Source: Cyanophora paradoxa CCMP329
Lineage: Eukaryota; Plantae; Glaucophyta
NCBI GenBank assembly: GCA_004431415.1
Contig: QPMI01000436.1
Coordinates: 558,001-622,000, forward strand
Direction of reading: 5' to 3'
DNA length: 64,000 nt
Below, one piece after another: positions 47,792-61,100 of the stretch. Below the pieces are notes generated by a model that ran no database searches, was not told the DNA's origin, and saw only the letters and a program-made list of their open reading frames with translations. Position 1 is the stretch's first letter. The number at the start of each line of letters is the position of its first letter. Both the position numbers and the translations under genes were made by a program.

Positions 47792-50700
47792 CTACTTGAA
47801 GTAGGCGACGGTGAGGCCGCCGCCGCCCTCCTTGGCCACCTCGTAGCGCGCCACCAGCGGGTGCGAACGAAGGAAGTCGTGCACGGCAGCCTTGGGGGGG
47901 GGGGGGGGGGGGGGGGAGGAGGAAGGGGGAGGGAGGGGGGAATCAGGACCGGACTCGGGAAGGCGCATGCCCGGGGGAAGGAGGCCCGGGCCGGGTCCCA
48001 CCTTGAGCTGGCCGGTGCCGTGGCCGTGGATGACGTAGACGACGTCGGAGACGGCGTGGGCGCGGTTCAGGCGCCGCTCCAGCTCCGCCTCCGCGTCGTC
48101 CACCCGCATGCCCCGCTGCCGAGGACGAGGACGAGGGGTTAGAGGGTAGGAGGTAGGCAGTGGCAGGCGAAGGCCTAGGGGTGAGTAAGCTATAGGCTAT
48201 GTAGATGTATGTCGGCGAGGATGTAGCAGGCGAATTGAAGGGGTAATGTAAGCTTTAGGGGAGGGGGCATGCCTAGATAGTTGATAGGAAGGCGGATAGA
48301 TAGATTAGCTATAGATAGCTATAGATAGAAGAGATTGGAGGGGATGAGACTCTGAGATTGGCAGGCACCAGGTCGGCGGTGTTGGCGTCCATGCGGACGG
48401 CCACCGGCTTCCGCTTCTAGCTCTTAGGCTTAAGCGAATAATGTAGTAACAAGGCTTCTTCTCTTAGAAGAAGAATAATAGGAGCTTCTAGAATAATATA
48501 ATATGAGCACCAGGTCGGCGGTGTTAGCGTCCATGCGGACGGTCATCGGCTCCCGCTTCTTCGCGTTCGCGGGGCCCCCGCTCACCGGCGCCGAAGAGCG
48601 CACCTGCGCGTGCGAGCGCCGTCAGAGACCGCCAGCCTGGCCGAGCCCACTGCTTCTAGCTAGATGCTATAGCTGGCGTCAATGCGGCGGGCGGCGGGCG
48701 GCGGGCGGCGGGCAGCCGCAGACTTGGCCGAGCCAAGCCTAGCGCCCAGCTGACTTAGCCGAGCCTAGCTATAGGTGCTAGGGCAGGCCTAGCGTGCACG
48801 AGCGCCTAGCCTAGCACGCGTGCAGGCCGGGCGCGCCGGGCGCGCCAGGCTGACAAATCTAGTCTACCCGATGAGGGGCGCCGGAGAGAGAGCCTGTAAC
48901 CTAGCCCGGCCCCGCTAGCTAAAATAGCCCGCCCCAGGCTTACCGTCACGGATCCCGTCGGCGGCTTGCCCTTTGCCTTGGGGGACGGTGGCGCCGCCGC
49001 CGCGGCCGCGGCCGCCGCCGCGGCCGCCGCGGCCTTGGCCTGCTTCTTGCTGCTCGCGCGGGCCTCCCCCGCGCCACTGCGCACGGCGGGAAATGTGAGA
49101 AAAGCAGAGGCGGGCGGCGCGCCCGCGCTGGAGACCCCCTCTCTCCGGATAACTGCCCCGCCCCCCGCCCCCGAACGGCCCCATGGACCTGCAGCTACAG
49201 CTCCCAGGGCGTCCCCTCGGAGGGCTTTCAGCTAGCCGGGTACGGGTCCTGGACCGCGCGGATTCGAACCCGGGCTCTGGGACAGGCTAGCCTAAGTGCG
49301 GCAGTGGCGGGCGCCGCGCGCTCAAGAGCGTCGGACGGACCTGGATTCAGGGGCGGGCCCCGGGCTCTCCGCCCCGCACGACCCAGGGGCCTATTTATAG
49401 CTCCCACGCGCTTCTAGAACACGAGTGGGGCGGACCTGGACTCGGGGGCGGGCCCCGGGCTCTCCGGGGCGACGCCGGCGGGTACGCCGTCCACGCTGAA
49501 GACCTCGTGCAGCGGCACCTGGGGGGGGGGGAGGCAGGAGGTCAGCGTGTACCCCCTCCAGCCCCGGCGCGGCCCCCCCTTTCCCCAACGACTGTACCCC
49601 CGCCCTGCAGGCCAGTACCCCCGCCGGCCCGTACCCCCCCCCCCCCCCCCCCCCCCGCCCGCACCCCGGCGCACCTTCATCTTCATGAGGCCGACGGAGA
49701 CGAGGACCTCGCCCCCGCTGCGAGGGGGCGCCCCCCGGCCCCGGCGGTCAGTCGGCGCAAGAAAGCTGGAGGAAAGGAGCGACGATCTCATAGGCGGCGA
49801 AGGGGGCGCGGGGCGGGGCGCGATCACACACCCCCCACGGATCCTAGGGGATGAGTCTAGATCTAGACGAGGGCCTCGCCCCCGCTGCGAAGGGGCGCGC
49901 CCGGCTCCGGCCCCGGTCAGGGCCTCCGGGGAGCGCAGAGCTGGAAGACAGGATCCTAGGGGTTGAGCCTAGGCTTTCTGAAGAGCGGCAGATCTCATAT
50001 GCGGCGAGAGAGCGCAGAGAGCTGGAAGAAAGCGGCGCTGATCTCATAGGCGGCAGAGAAGATTGCGCAGACCCAGGATCTGGAGAGCGCGGGGCGGCGC
50101 CCTATCGCGGATCCTAGGCCTAGGGCCTAGCCTAGGCTAGGGCTTCTGGAGAGCGAGCCTTCTAGCGGGGCGGGGCGGCTAGAGCCCATCCTAGGGGGGC
50201 CTAGCCTAGGGCTTCCTTCTTGCGGGGCGGGGTGGACGGACGGACCTGGGCTCGGCGGCGATCTCGCCGCCCGACCCGAGGCGCTTGACCGTGACGCGGT
50301 CCCCCACCCGCGGCACGTACAGCTGCGCCCCGCCCCGCGGCCCCCGTCAGCGTTCGGCGTTGGGCGGGAGGAGTGGCTGCCCGAGCTTAAGCAGGCGGGG
50401 AGCGAGGGAGGGGGGAGTGGGCGGGCGGGCGGGCGGATCTATCCTTTCCCCAATCCCGAGGATCTAACCGGCGCTCGGATCGAATCTGCCCCATCTAATT
50501 TCGTCTCGATCCTCTAATCCACCCGGCGGACCTCGGAGGCCTCGAGCTCGCCCGAGGCGAGGCGCTCCGGCGTGTACTTCGCCGCGATCTCTTCCACGCT
50601 GAGGCGCGCCCGCTGCGCCGCCCGCCCGCCCTGCCCGCCCCGCGCGTGAGGGGAGGGGCGTGAGAGAGGAAGGTTTTGGGGATTTGAGCAGCACACGAGG

Positions 50701-53700
50701 CGCCACGGCGGGGGAAGGAGGCTTTAGGGGACGCAACCAACGTCTAGGGATTCCAGGGACCAAGCGCGAGAAGCCCAGAGGCAGTATATAACCAGAGACA
50801 AGCTCCGGCTCTGCTCCGGGGCGGAGCCTGCTGGAGGCCTAGATATATTTAGAATCTAATCATAAATCCGGCACCTGGCCACCCTGCTGGAGGCCGCGGA
50901 TGACGGCGGCGATCTCCGCGCGCGCCTCCGCCGCCGCCTCCCCCACCGCCCGCTCCTGCCGCCCCAAGGTCGGACCGAGGCGGGAGAGAATGGCAGAGGG
51001 AAGGCCGAGAACCAGGCGGGCCTCTAGAGCGAGGAGCGCAGGGCGGGTTATGAGCAGGCTTACGCTAGCTTATGAACCTAAGAACTTCGACTAAGAACTT
51101 CGCAAGCATAAGCTTGCGCAAGCTTGAATCGGCTAATGCGCTTTCTAGCTTTGGCTTCGGCTCAAGGCGGGCGGACCTGGGCCTCGCGGAGCTCGCGCTC
51201 GCGCGCCTCGAGCCGCCGCTGCTTCTCCAGCAGCTGCCGCCGCGCCCCGAGTCAGAATAGCGGGACCGGCAGGCCCAGGGGCGCGGAAATGGAGCGCGGG
51301 GAGGGGGTGGGGGAGAGGGTACGGGGTTGGAAGAGGGGGGTGGGGGTGGGGCGGGTGGAGGGGTTGGAAGGAGGGTGGGGGGTAGGGGATAGGAGAGATT
51401 GGAAGGAGGGTGGGGGGTAGGGGATGGGTTGGGGGGCGGGAGGTGGGGTGGGGTAAGGGGTGGGGGTGTCGGAAGGAGGGGTAGATGGGGCGGGGGTGGG
51501 AGGGGAGTAGGAGATTGGAAGGACGCGGGGGTGGGGGTTGTAACGAGAGGGGGGGGGGGGGAGGGTGGGAAGGCGGGGGAGGGGGTACGGACCTTCTGCT
51601 GGAGGGCGTCGGCCTCGGCGAGGCGGGCGCGGGCCGCCTCGTTGCGCGCCTCGAGCTCCCGCCGCTCCCGCTCCATCGCCACGATCACCTGGGGGGGGGG
51701 GGGGGGGGGGGGGAGGGGGGAGCGGTGTCAGATGAGCGAGCGCAGCACGCACGCCGCCCTGCTGTGGCCGGGCGAGGGCGGGCGGGCGGATGGATGGAGG
51801 CGAGAGAGGCGGCTCGAGATCTCTGCGGCCCGCAAGCGCTCTCTCTTCTCGTCTAAACGGGCGGCCCCGCTCGAAGCTAGGCTCGCCTCGGCGATCGTGG
51901 CGACCCGGCGGGCGGGGCGGGGCCCCTCACTCCCGTTCCTCCACTAAGAGGGGGAAAGGGACCTCTCCTCCCTTCTCTTCTAAGAAGACCCGCTTGAAGG
52001 TCACTCCCGCCCTTCCCGAAGACCAAAGAACAAAATCCATCGAAGGAACCCAAAGACCGCACCTCGTTCATGTCGACCTGGGGGCGGACGCTCCCCTCCT
52101 CGCCCCCGGCCTCCCCCGCCCCCACCAGCAGGCCCCGCGCCGCCTCCACGATCCCCTGCGAGGCGCAGGCGCGGGCAAGGTCAGGTCTGTAGGCTTAAAG
52201 GCTAGCTGCAGCTGGCCGTTAGCTATAGGGCGGCGTTAGGTTCCCCGGGCCCGTTAAGGTCAGGTTTGTAAGGGCGTTTGTAAGCGAGGCTCGCAAGGTC
52301 AGGTTTGTAATATGAGGGCCCGGCAAGGCCATGCTGGTTCATAAGGTTCGTAAGGCCTAGGTCAAGCAGGTCTCTTCAATTGCAAGGGCGGCGCCCCCCC
52401 TCCCTCCCCCCCCTCCCCTCACCTCCTCCATGCCGAGGCGCTCGGCGATGGCCAGCGCGTTGGAGCGGCCCGGGATGCCCCACAGCAGCCTGCGCGGGGG
52501 AAGGGGGAGGGAGGGGGAGGGGGTCAAAGCTTTCGGAGGGGACCGGAGGAGATCGAAGAGTGGAGGCGAGTGATCGTGAGACAAGGAAGCTTAAGAGGCC
52601 AGCACTCTAATTCAGAGGAGGGCGTTTATGGATCTAAGAGTCAAAGCGAGGGACTGCAGGGAGGGTGAGCGGGCGGGCGGTTGCGGACCGGTAGGTGGGG
52701 CCCAGAGTCGCGTCGTCGAACTCCACGCTCGCGTTCTCGAACCGCGCGTCCTGCGCACGCGGGATGAGAAATTTAAAGCTGAGGGGAGAAGGATAGAGGG
52801 ATGGATTCTAATGAATTCTAATGGATGGCCGTAAATTTAAAGGTAATCGCACCTGGTACTTGAGGGTCTTGAGCTCGCCGAAGTGGGTCGTGGCGAGCGT
52901 CACCGCGGCGCGCCCCGCGAGGGCCCGGAGCAGGGCGATGCCGAGCGCCGCGCCCTCCTGCGGGTCCGTCCCGCCCCCGACCTGCCGGAGAGTCAAGTTT
53001 TAATACCATGATACGGTGCAGGTTCCTTTAGATCTTGTCTACAATCGCTGAAATAAAGCTAACGCAATTTCCCCGTTTCTTTCTTAGACGATTTGAGAGC
53101 GAATCCGAGGAGAGTGCGGACCTCGTCGAGGAGGACGAGGGAGGAGGGCCCGGCGCGCGCCAGGATCCGCCGGATCCGCCGCACGTGCCCCGAGAACGTC
53201 GACAGGCTGCAGCCAGTCACCCGAAAAGGTCAGAGGGAGAACACGCTGTAGGGGGAAGGGTAGGATCCTGGGCCTTTTAGACGACACGACTTCTAGACGA
53301 TCCATAAGCACAATCTAGCTAGATAGTCTCTTAATAACAGCAACGAGGACGCGCCTCTGGACGAGCTTGAGACTTGAGACAAAGTTACGACATGAGTTTA
53401 AGAAATACGATCCGTAAGCTTATAATTAAGCACGATGTAGTATCTATCTTAATAAGATAAAAACAGCAACGAGGACGCGCCTCTGGACGATGGACTGCTC
53501 GTCACCGATGTCCGCGAGGACGGCGTCGAACCTGCGCGCGGGGGGACCCGCGCCCGTCAGAGGGGCGCCCCACGGCCCAGGCCCTAGGGGGGCCCAGGCG
53601 GGCCCAGGCTTCTTCGCCGCGCGAGGGGGACCAGAACCCTTCAGCTCAGCCCTTCAGAGGGGCGCCCCCAGGCCCAGGCCTAGGCCTCCAGCTTAGCTTG

Positions 53701-56700
53701 CCTTGCCCCTAGGCCTAGGCCTAGGCCCAGGCGCAGAGTCTCCAGGCTGGGGCAGGACGGCGTCGGAGCGCGCACCAGGGGAGCTCGGCCGGCTCCTCGG
53801 CAGCGACGAACATCCCCGCCTTCGCCATCAGGCACGCCAGGCCAACCTGCGCGGTCGGAGGGGCGGGGGGCGAGGGGCGGTGTCAGGGCACTGCAGCTGT
53901 AGCTAGATCTAGAGCTTTGTATAGGATCGCGAGGCGGAAAATGTAATTTGCTAGAGAGGCAGTCCAGCCTGGGGTAGCTATATCGAATATTAGGCTGGGC
54001 TGCCTAATATTCGCTCTAAACGGACGGCGCCCACGTGCGTGGCGCACCGTCTTGAGGGAGACGGTCTATCCACCCAAGGTTGGGCTGGCTAATATTCTAA
54101 TACTAATACTACTACTAATAGTCTAAATAGGATCGCTGGCTGAAAGGACGTCTTAATAGCTGAGGGCGCACCGTCTTGAGGGCGACGGTCGGTAGCTAGA
54201 TCTAGAGCTTTGTATAGGATCGCTTTAAGCTTTAAGCAATATATAGGATCATTTGCTAGAGGCAGTCCAGCCTGGGGTAGCTATATATAGAATAATTGGG
54301 CGCACGGTCTTGAGGGCGACGGTATACACAGGGACCCTACAGCTATACACAGGGACCCTAGGACAGCTGTGTATAGGATCTTCAATGAGCTACCTAGAGG
54401 ACCCTAGTCTTTTCTCTTTTCTCAAAAGATCTCTCTAAAAGGACGTCTTAATATATATTAACAGCTGAGGGAGGGCGCACCGTCTTAAGGGCGACGGTCT
54501 TGCCGCCCGTGTTGGGCCCCGTGATGGTCACCACGCGCAGGCCGGGCGCCAGCGCCACGTCGATCGGCACCGGCGCCGGGCCGCCCTGAGACAGAAAGAG
54601 GGTGAGAACGGGCGGCGTCCCCTCTAGCCAAGCGTAGCCGCCCCGGAGAGAGAAAGAGCGCGCGCGGCGCGCGCAGACAGACAGACACGGATCCAGTCCC
54701 AGCCTAGCGTACAACCCCCCCCCCCCCCCCCCCCCCCCCCCGTACCTCTTTCTCGTGCTGCCAGACGAGCAGCGGGTGCCGGCACCGCGTCAGGTACAGC
54801 CGGCCCGCCCCCTCTGCCGGGCGAGGGAGCTGAGCAATGGAGACGAGCAGGTGCGGGCATTTATGTATGTATGCGCCGCACACACCTCCGGAGGGGGGCG
54901 CGAGGGCCGGGGCGGAGGCGCGGAGCCAGCGGGCGTAGCGAGCGCGCGCCGTGGCGCAGTCGAGCGCCGTAACGATCTCCACGAGCGTCGAGATGTCGGG
55001 CCAGACCTGCGGGGGGAGGGGGGGGGCTCAGGGAGGGGTGGAAGCCTGCTTGGGCTCGCAGTGGCTAACGAGCCAGCGCAAGGGGCGCGGCAGACCTAAG
55101 AGGGGGAGGGGGGGGGAGGGGGCGGATGGCTCGGGTAGAGGTGGGACGAGGGGGCCTGGAGGGCGGCTCGCGCTCTCTAAAGACCCGAGACGGGGCGGGG
55201 GCGGGGGCGGGGCGGGACGAGCTATCGAGCTAACGAGCTAACGCAAGGTTGGCGAGCATAACTCATGGAGACGGGTTCTAAAGACTAAAGACGGGGGTGG
55301 AGAGGGCGGGGGGGTACAGGGCGCGCCTCGCGGACGCGGTCGGAGAGGGCGAGGAGGACCTCGCGGACGGCCTCCTCCTCCGCCCGCGCCAGCTGCCGCA
55401 GCGCGTTGTTCACCGTCACCGCCTGCGCCGGGGGTATGGGTTAGACGGGGGAGGGGGGGTGCGGGCGAGAGAGAGAGAGAGCGAGGCGGGACAGGGCGAG
55501 GCGGAGGAGGAGAGCGAGCCATAGGGCGGGGGGGGGGGGGGGGGGTGAGGCGGGGAGGGGGGTGCGGGCGAGAGAGAGAGAGCGAGGCCGGGGCGGGCGG
55601 CGGCAGTGCGGGCCTGGCGGGGCCTCTAGGGGGTGGGTTGGGTGGGGGGGGGGCGGGGGGGGGGCGGGGGGGTGGACCCAAGCGGGCCTGCTGGGCTCGA
55701 CAATGAGGCTGCTAGGGGGTACATCTCCAACGAGGAGGGCCCGAACCCCTTCTAGCCCGGGGGCTCCCGGGGAGGGGGGGTGAGGGCGAGAGAGAGAGAG
55801 AGAGAGCGAAGCGAGAGAGAGCGGGCGGGCCTAAGGGCGGGCCCTCAAGACGGGCCTAGAGGGGCCCCTTCTAGCCCCCCGGGCGGGCCGGGGGGATGGG
55901 GGGGGGGAGGGGGAGGGGGGGGGCGGGCCTGCTGCGGCTCGACGAAGAGGGTCATGCCCGAGTTGGACACGTCCAGCACGATGCCACCGACCCTGCAGAG
56001 GGGGAGAGTTGGGTTGGGTGGGGTAGAGAGGGTAGGATTGGGGAGGGGGAGGGGGGCGAAGGTGCGGGGGTACGCACGCCTCCTTGGCGACGGCCTTGAT
56101 GGGATCACGAAGCGGTCGTTGCGCGTCGTCACGATCGCCTCCTGCGACTTCGTGAGGGGGGGGGGGGGGGGGGGAGGGGTGGGGAGGAGGAGCCAGAGGG
56201 GGGGGGGGCGAAGTGATGGCATAGGAGGAGGGGAAGGGGGGGGGGGTGTAGGGCGGAGGGGGCGCTCAAGCTCTTCGGAGGGAGAGGGTGGGGGGTGAAG
56301 GGAAGGGGAGGGGAGGGGGGGAAGAGTGGGGGTACAGCGGGGCGCGCCTGGAGGGCGTCCTTGTACTTGACGAGGCAGCGCTGCATGATGTCCCGGGCCT
56401 TGCCGTACGCCTCCGCCTAGTTCGGGAAGGAGTTAGATAAGGTTATGAGGCTCAGTTTAGAATGGATGTGTTAGGTCGAGAGTTTCGGAAAGGAGTCAGA
56501 GAGGCTCAGAATGCTCATCCACTCTCTTTCGTTCAGAGTCTCTGTGCTTGGTGATCGGGCACCTTGCGGGCGCGGATCTGGGCCAGCTTCGGGCTCGCCC
56601 GGTCCTCCACCATCCCCTCCGGGTCCAGCGCGTTCTGTACCCCGGGGTTTAGGGGTGGGGGGCAGAGATCGGGGGTACGAAGCGTGCGAGCCTTGATGGT

Positions 56701-57764
56701 GCGCTCGAGGTCGGGGTGGGTGGTGAGGCCCTCGACGAGGCCAAGGAGCGAGGGGAACGCCCCCTCGGCCCCCTCGATCCCCTCGATCTGGCGCCGCAGC
56801 TGCGCTCGCGCACGCGCGGAGCTCGGCTTGACTTTTGATCTCCGCCAAGGCGGGTTCGAATCCGGGCGGCGGCGGCGGCGGAAGCGCACCGCACGGGCGC
56901 CGGCGAGCGTCGTCGCCACGCCATACAGCTCGCGCCCCGTGAGGACGTACCCCTCGATCCGCACGCGCTGCGGCGGGGGTCGGCGCAAGGCCCCGGGGGG
57001 GGGGGGGGGGGGGGGGGGACGGGGGGTACGTGCCTTGACGGATTCGGCGATGTCGCGTATCCCCTCGTACTTGAGGTCGATGCCCCAGCGGTTCTCGATC
57101 TCGTACACCTCCCGCGTCTCGCCCAGCAGCCGCTCGCTCTCCTCTGCGCGCGTGCGTCTCGTGAGCTCGAGGCGCAGCGGCGCGGCTGCGGGGCGCGCGG
57201 GCGCTCAAAGAGACCTCGGGTGGCGGCCGGGATGCCGGCGGGGCCCAGGGCGCGGCAGGCCGCGGCGCCGAGCTTCGTCGCCGCGAACGTGGCCAGGTGC
57301 TCGCAGACCTGCGCGCGCGACCGGCCTGAGGCGGCGCGGCGGGGGCGCGCCGTCTCGCGGCGAGGCGCACGCGGGACCACTCGAGCAGCTCCAGCGTCTC
57401 TTCCTGCACGGTCTTCTCGACCGCCGCGGCGCCGTCCGCCGGCGCCTCGCCCGCCTGCGGCACCGCAGACGCGCCTGGGGCGGAGGCGCCTGAGCGCGCT
57501 GCGCTGCGCTGGGCCGGCAGCGCCGAGCGCGTGCGCACGGGATTCGGGTGTGCGGGCCGTGCGGTCAGCGCGCCAGCGGAGGACCGGCCGGGCGATGCAC
57601 AGCCGCCAGCCGGTCGCGGGGGCACCGAAGAAGGCCCGCGAGGCGCTCGCCCTCGCCGGTGCCGCGCGCGCCGGCGTCCTCGGCGCGCGCCATGCGGAAT
57701 CGGTCCACGGACGCGACGCTAAGCAGCGCCCGATCGCAGGCACGGGGCTCACGAAGGAGCTCAT
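47792..57764 (-). CDS. MutS2: MutS2 (ATPase, coiled coil, KOW, Smr), probably plastid-targeted
   Basis: ETLELLEW, RASPKLAQIR, RNDRFVIP, GIVLDVSNSGMTLFVEP, Walker A TGPNTGGKT (~54500), IGDEQSI, SLSTFSGH, LLDE|VGGGTDPQEGAAL, TTHFGELK, GIPGRSNALAIAERLG, KOW, and Smr (DLRG..IHGHGTG). The N-terminal MSSFV... sequence resembles a transit peptide. Confidence 0.95.
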
Positions 57765-58199
57765 TGCAAATTGCGGATCCGCCGGATCGTCTGTCGGGGG
57801 TACGCGATGCTACTGTTTCCTGTACCCGGCGCTTGGGGCCGCAAGCTGCAGAAGCTGGATGGTCGGTTCCGGATTCACCGCGCATGCAGCTGCAGCCGCA
57901 GGCCTGCAGCTGCAGCAGAAGAGCTGCGCGATATAAGCCGCCTTCGACCGCCCCGCTCGAGCTCTTGATCGAAGGGCGCGCCCGCACGCGCGCAAAGCGT
58001 CATTCGATGGACGCCACGCGCTAGCGACTTTGCGCCCCGACGTCGACGGAGTGGCTCGTAGACGCGGCAGAGAGAGCGGATCGAGGCAGCCGCCGCCGGC
58101 CAGCCGATCGGGTTCCCGGCGGGACGGCCGCGGCCGCGGGAGCCAGTTCCCCAGCACGTTCGAGCTCCGATACGCGATCCGGCTGGCAAAGCGCGCTCT

Positions 58200-61100
58200 T
58201 TGGCGAACGATGTCGGCTGTGAATCCGGATCCCGCGATTTCGAACATGTACAGCGGGAGGAGTTGCGCGACGCATATGCAAGCTTAAGCGTCAGCGTAAT
58301 TTTTATAAAACTAATGTGCACAACGTTAGGGAGCCGATCTGGCGTCGCTAACCGCGCATCCCCCGCGCAGATTAGAATGGTGGGAGGTCCGTCGGAGGTG
58401 CTGCCATTCGATGGCGGCCCGGCCCACGGCCGGGTGCCTGTACACGTGCACGTCAAAGCGGAGCGGGCGTACACGCTCCGAGTGCTGGACGCGGAGATGC
58501 AAACGCGCGCCGAGTCGCGCCGCGCGAGCACGCCCACGGCCGCACTGGTCGTCCGGAGGCCGGGGCGCGTCGCGGTCGTCGAGATCGGCGCCTGGGGCGA
58601 CGGAGACGGGTCCGGAGGCCCGGGCTCGTTCCAGGGCGCCGACGCGTCGAGCCTGGGCGTCGCGATCGGTCTCGCCGTCTACAACGCCCCGCGGGTCCGC
58701 TATATATAATATATACGACACTCCGGTCGCCGACGCCGGCCCCGCCCCCCCGGATCCGGATCCCTGCGCGTGCAGCCGCAGTCGGCGGCGCTGACGCGTG
58801 CCCGCCGCATGCGCAGACTGCGCCGAGCGTGACGCTGCGGCTCACCATCGCCGACGACGGCGACGCTGTCGAAGCGATGAAGTGCGCTGCGCCGCGGGCC
58901 GCGCGCGCCGCCGCCGCGGGCCTTCAGGCGTTCCGCGCGCCGAGGTCCTCGCGATCGCAGGTTCTCGCTGCTGCAGCTGGAGCCCCCGCAGGAGCCGTGG
59001 CGCGATGTAGCGCTCCGCGGCTTCTGGGTGAGCCGTCAGGCCTAGGCCTAGGCTTCTGGGGCGGGTAGCTCTGCGCCCTAAGCCTAGGCCGCGCAGGTGG
59101 AGAGCGGGGAGCCGCTGCCCGGACCCCCGGCGCTGCGGCTGCGAGTGGAGGCGGACCCTGGGACCCTGGGCTCCGGCAAGCGCGCCCTCTCCGCCACCGA
59201 GCTGCGAGAAGGGGCCTTCGAGCGCGTGCGCATGCGCGCACTTAGGCGTGAGCGAGAGAACGGGGCCGGGGACGCCGCCACTCCTAGAACCAAAGCTCGC
59301 CTAGCGCCCCCACCACACCCGCGAGCTCGAGGGGCCTAGTTCTCCGCCTCCATCCTACCGCCCTCTCCGCCACCGAACTACGAGAAGGGGCTAGCGCTTT
59401 CGAGCGCGTGCGCGCGTACACGTACCCCGCCCCCGTTCCAGATCTGTTTCCTTTCCTTTTCCGCCCCTCGCGCCCCCTTTTCTCCCCCTTTCTCCTGTCG
59501 ATCGAAGTCCGAAGCAAAGGCCGCCCCGCCCCGCCCCGCCCCGCCCCGCCCCGGCCGCAGATCTCGAAGAGCCACCGGAACATGCCGCTGCCCCCGCCGC
59601 CGCCCCAGCCGCCGCCGCCGCCTCCGCCTCCGCCTCAGTCTCAGTCGTCCTCGACGACGCCGCCCCCGCCCCCGCCCCCGAGCCTCGCCGCCTCCTTTGA
59701 CCCCGAGAAGCTGGCGGCCGCCGCGCTCGCCGCCTCGGCCCTCGCATCGGACATCGATCCCCGGGGCCAGTTCGACCTCGAGACGGCCCTCTCCGGCCTC
59801 CGCATCGCGCAGGAGGCGCTGGACTCATCCCCCCCCCGGCCCCCATGGACCCCTTCCCCTCCCCCGCACCCGTCCCCGCCCCCGCCCCCGCCCCCGCACC
59901 CGCCCCCGGCGCCCGAGGGCGGAGAGCCTCCCCGCGGTTCGTGCACCTTTCCTTGAGCTTAGGCTTCGGCCTTCCTTTCCTTCTCTGAGGAAAGGGAACA
60001 TACGTTCGCCTCCCCCCGCAGCGCTGGCGTACGCCGTCGTTGACCAGCGGGACGCCATCATGGCCCTCGTGGAGCGCACCTCGGCCGCCCTCGAGGCCCG
60101 CCCGCTCCCCGACGGCCGCCCGCAGCCCGCGCTGGCCGCCCTCGCCGCCCTCCCCGCCGTGCTGCGCGCCCTGCGGCAGCCGACGGGCGTGGAGCCCTCG
60201 CCCGAGCCCTTCCTCGGCCCTCTCTTCGCCGGAGACGCGTTGGACGAGCCCTCGATCGCGGGTGCACTGGCCGCCCTGCCCTCCTGGGAGGATCCGGAGC
60301 CCCGCTTCTTAAACACGGCGCCGTACCTGGCCGGGATCGAGTCGTGCCTGGAGGCGGCGCGGGCGGCCCCCGGCCCCGCGCAGCGCGCCGCGGCGGCCCT
60401 CGAGGCGGCCGGGCGCCTCTGCAGCGACGCCCTCCTCCTGTCCCCCTGGGTACGTGCGCTCCTTCTGGAGCTCAGATCCCGCCTGTTCTGATCAGATCTG
60501 ATCTGATCCGAGCAGGTCCGCTCCTTCGAGGGGCGCCTCGCCCTCCGCCGCGCCCTCGTCGTCATCCGCGAGGCATCGGGCACCTTCGCACAGGTATTTA
60601 CACGTACCCCCCCCCGCCCCTAGGCCGTTCGGATTCGCGATCGTCCCCTCGGGTCGAATGAGGAGTCGAGTCGTTTGTGTGAGCAGGTGGCACGTGTGGC
60701 GGACCACTTGCGGGCCGCCGCCGTTCGGCGGCTCCGTTCCCTGTGCGCGTGTCCCCAAATCTCGATTGCGACGGCGCCGCCTCTGTCGGCGCTGACGCGT
60801 ATATCTACGTTCCCCCCGCGGCCGCAGACCCCGCTCGGAGGACGCGATCCGCGGCGCGCTGGACGCCGTCGAGGCGCTCCGGTACCCCTGCCCGACTCCA
60901 CCTGCACCTTCCTCCACAGCGCCTCTGCTGACGCCCCGCCTCCGATCCGGATTTCGATCCGTCCCGGCGTCGCATGCAGCCCTAACATGTGCGACCGCCG
61001 CGGCCGGCGCCTTGGACCCCCCCCCTTCCCCTCTCCTAATCACAGGTACGACGTACCCCCCCCAGGTACCACGCGGCGCCGGACCTGCACGTGGTACCCC

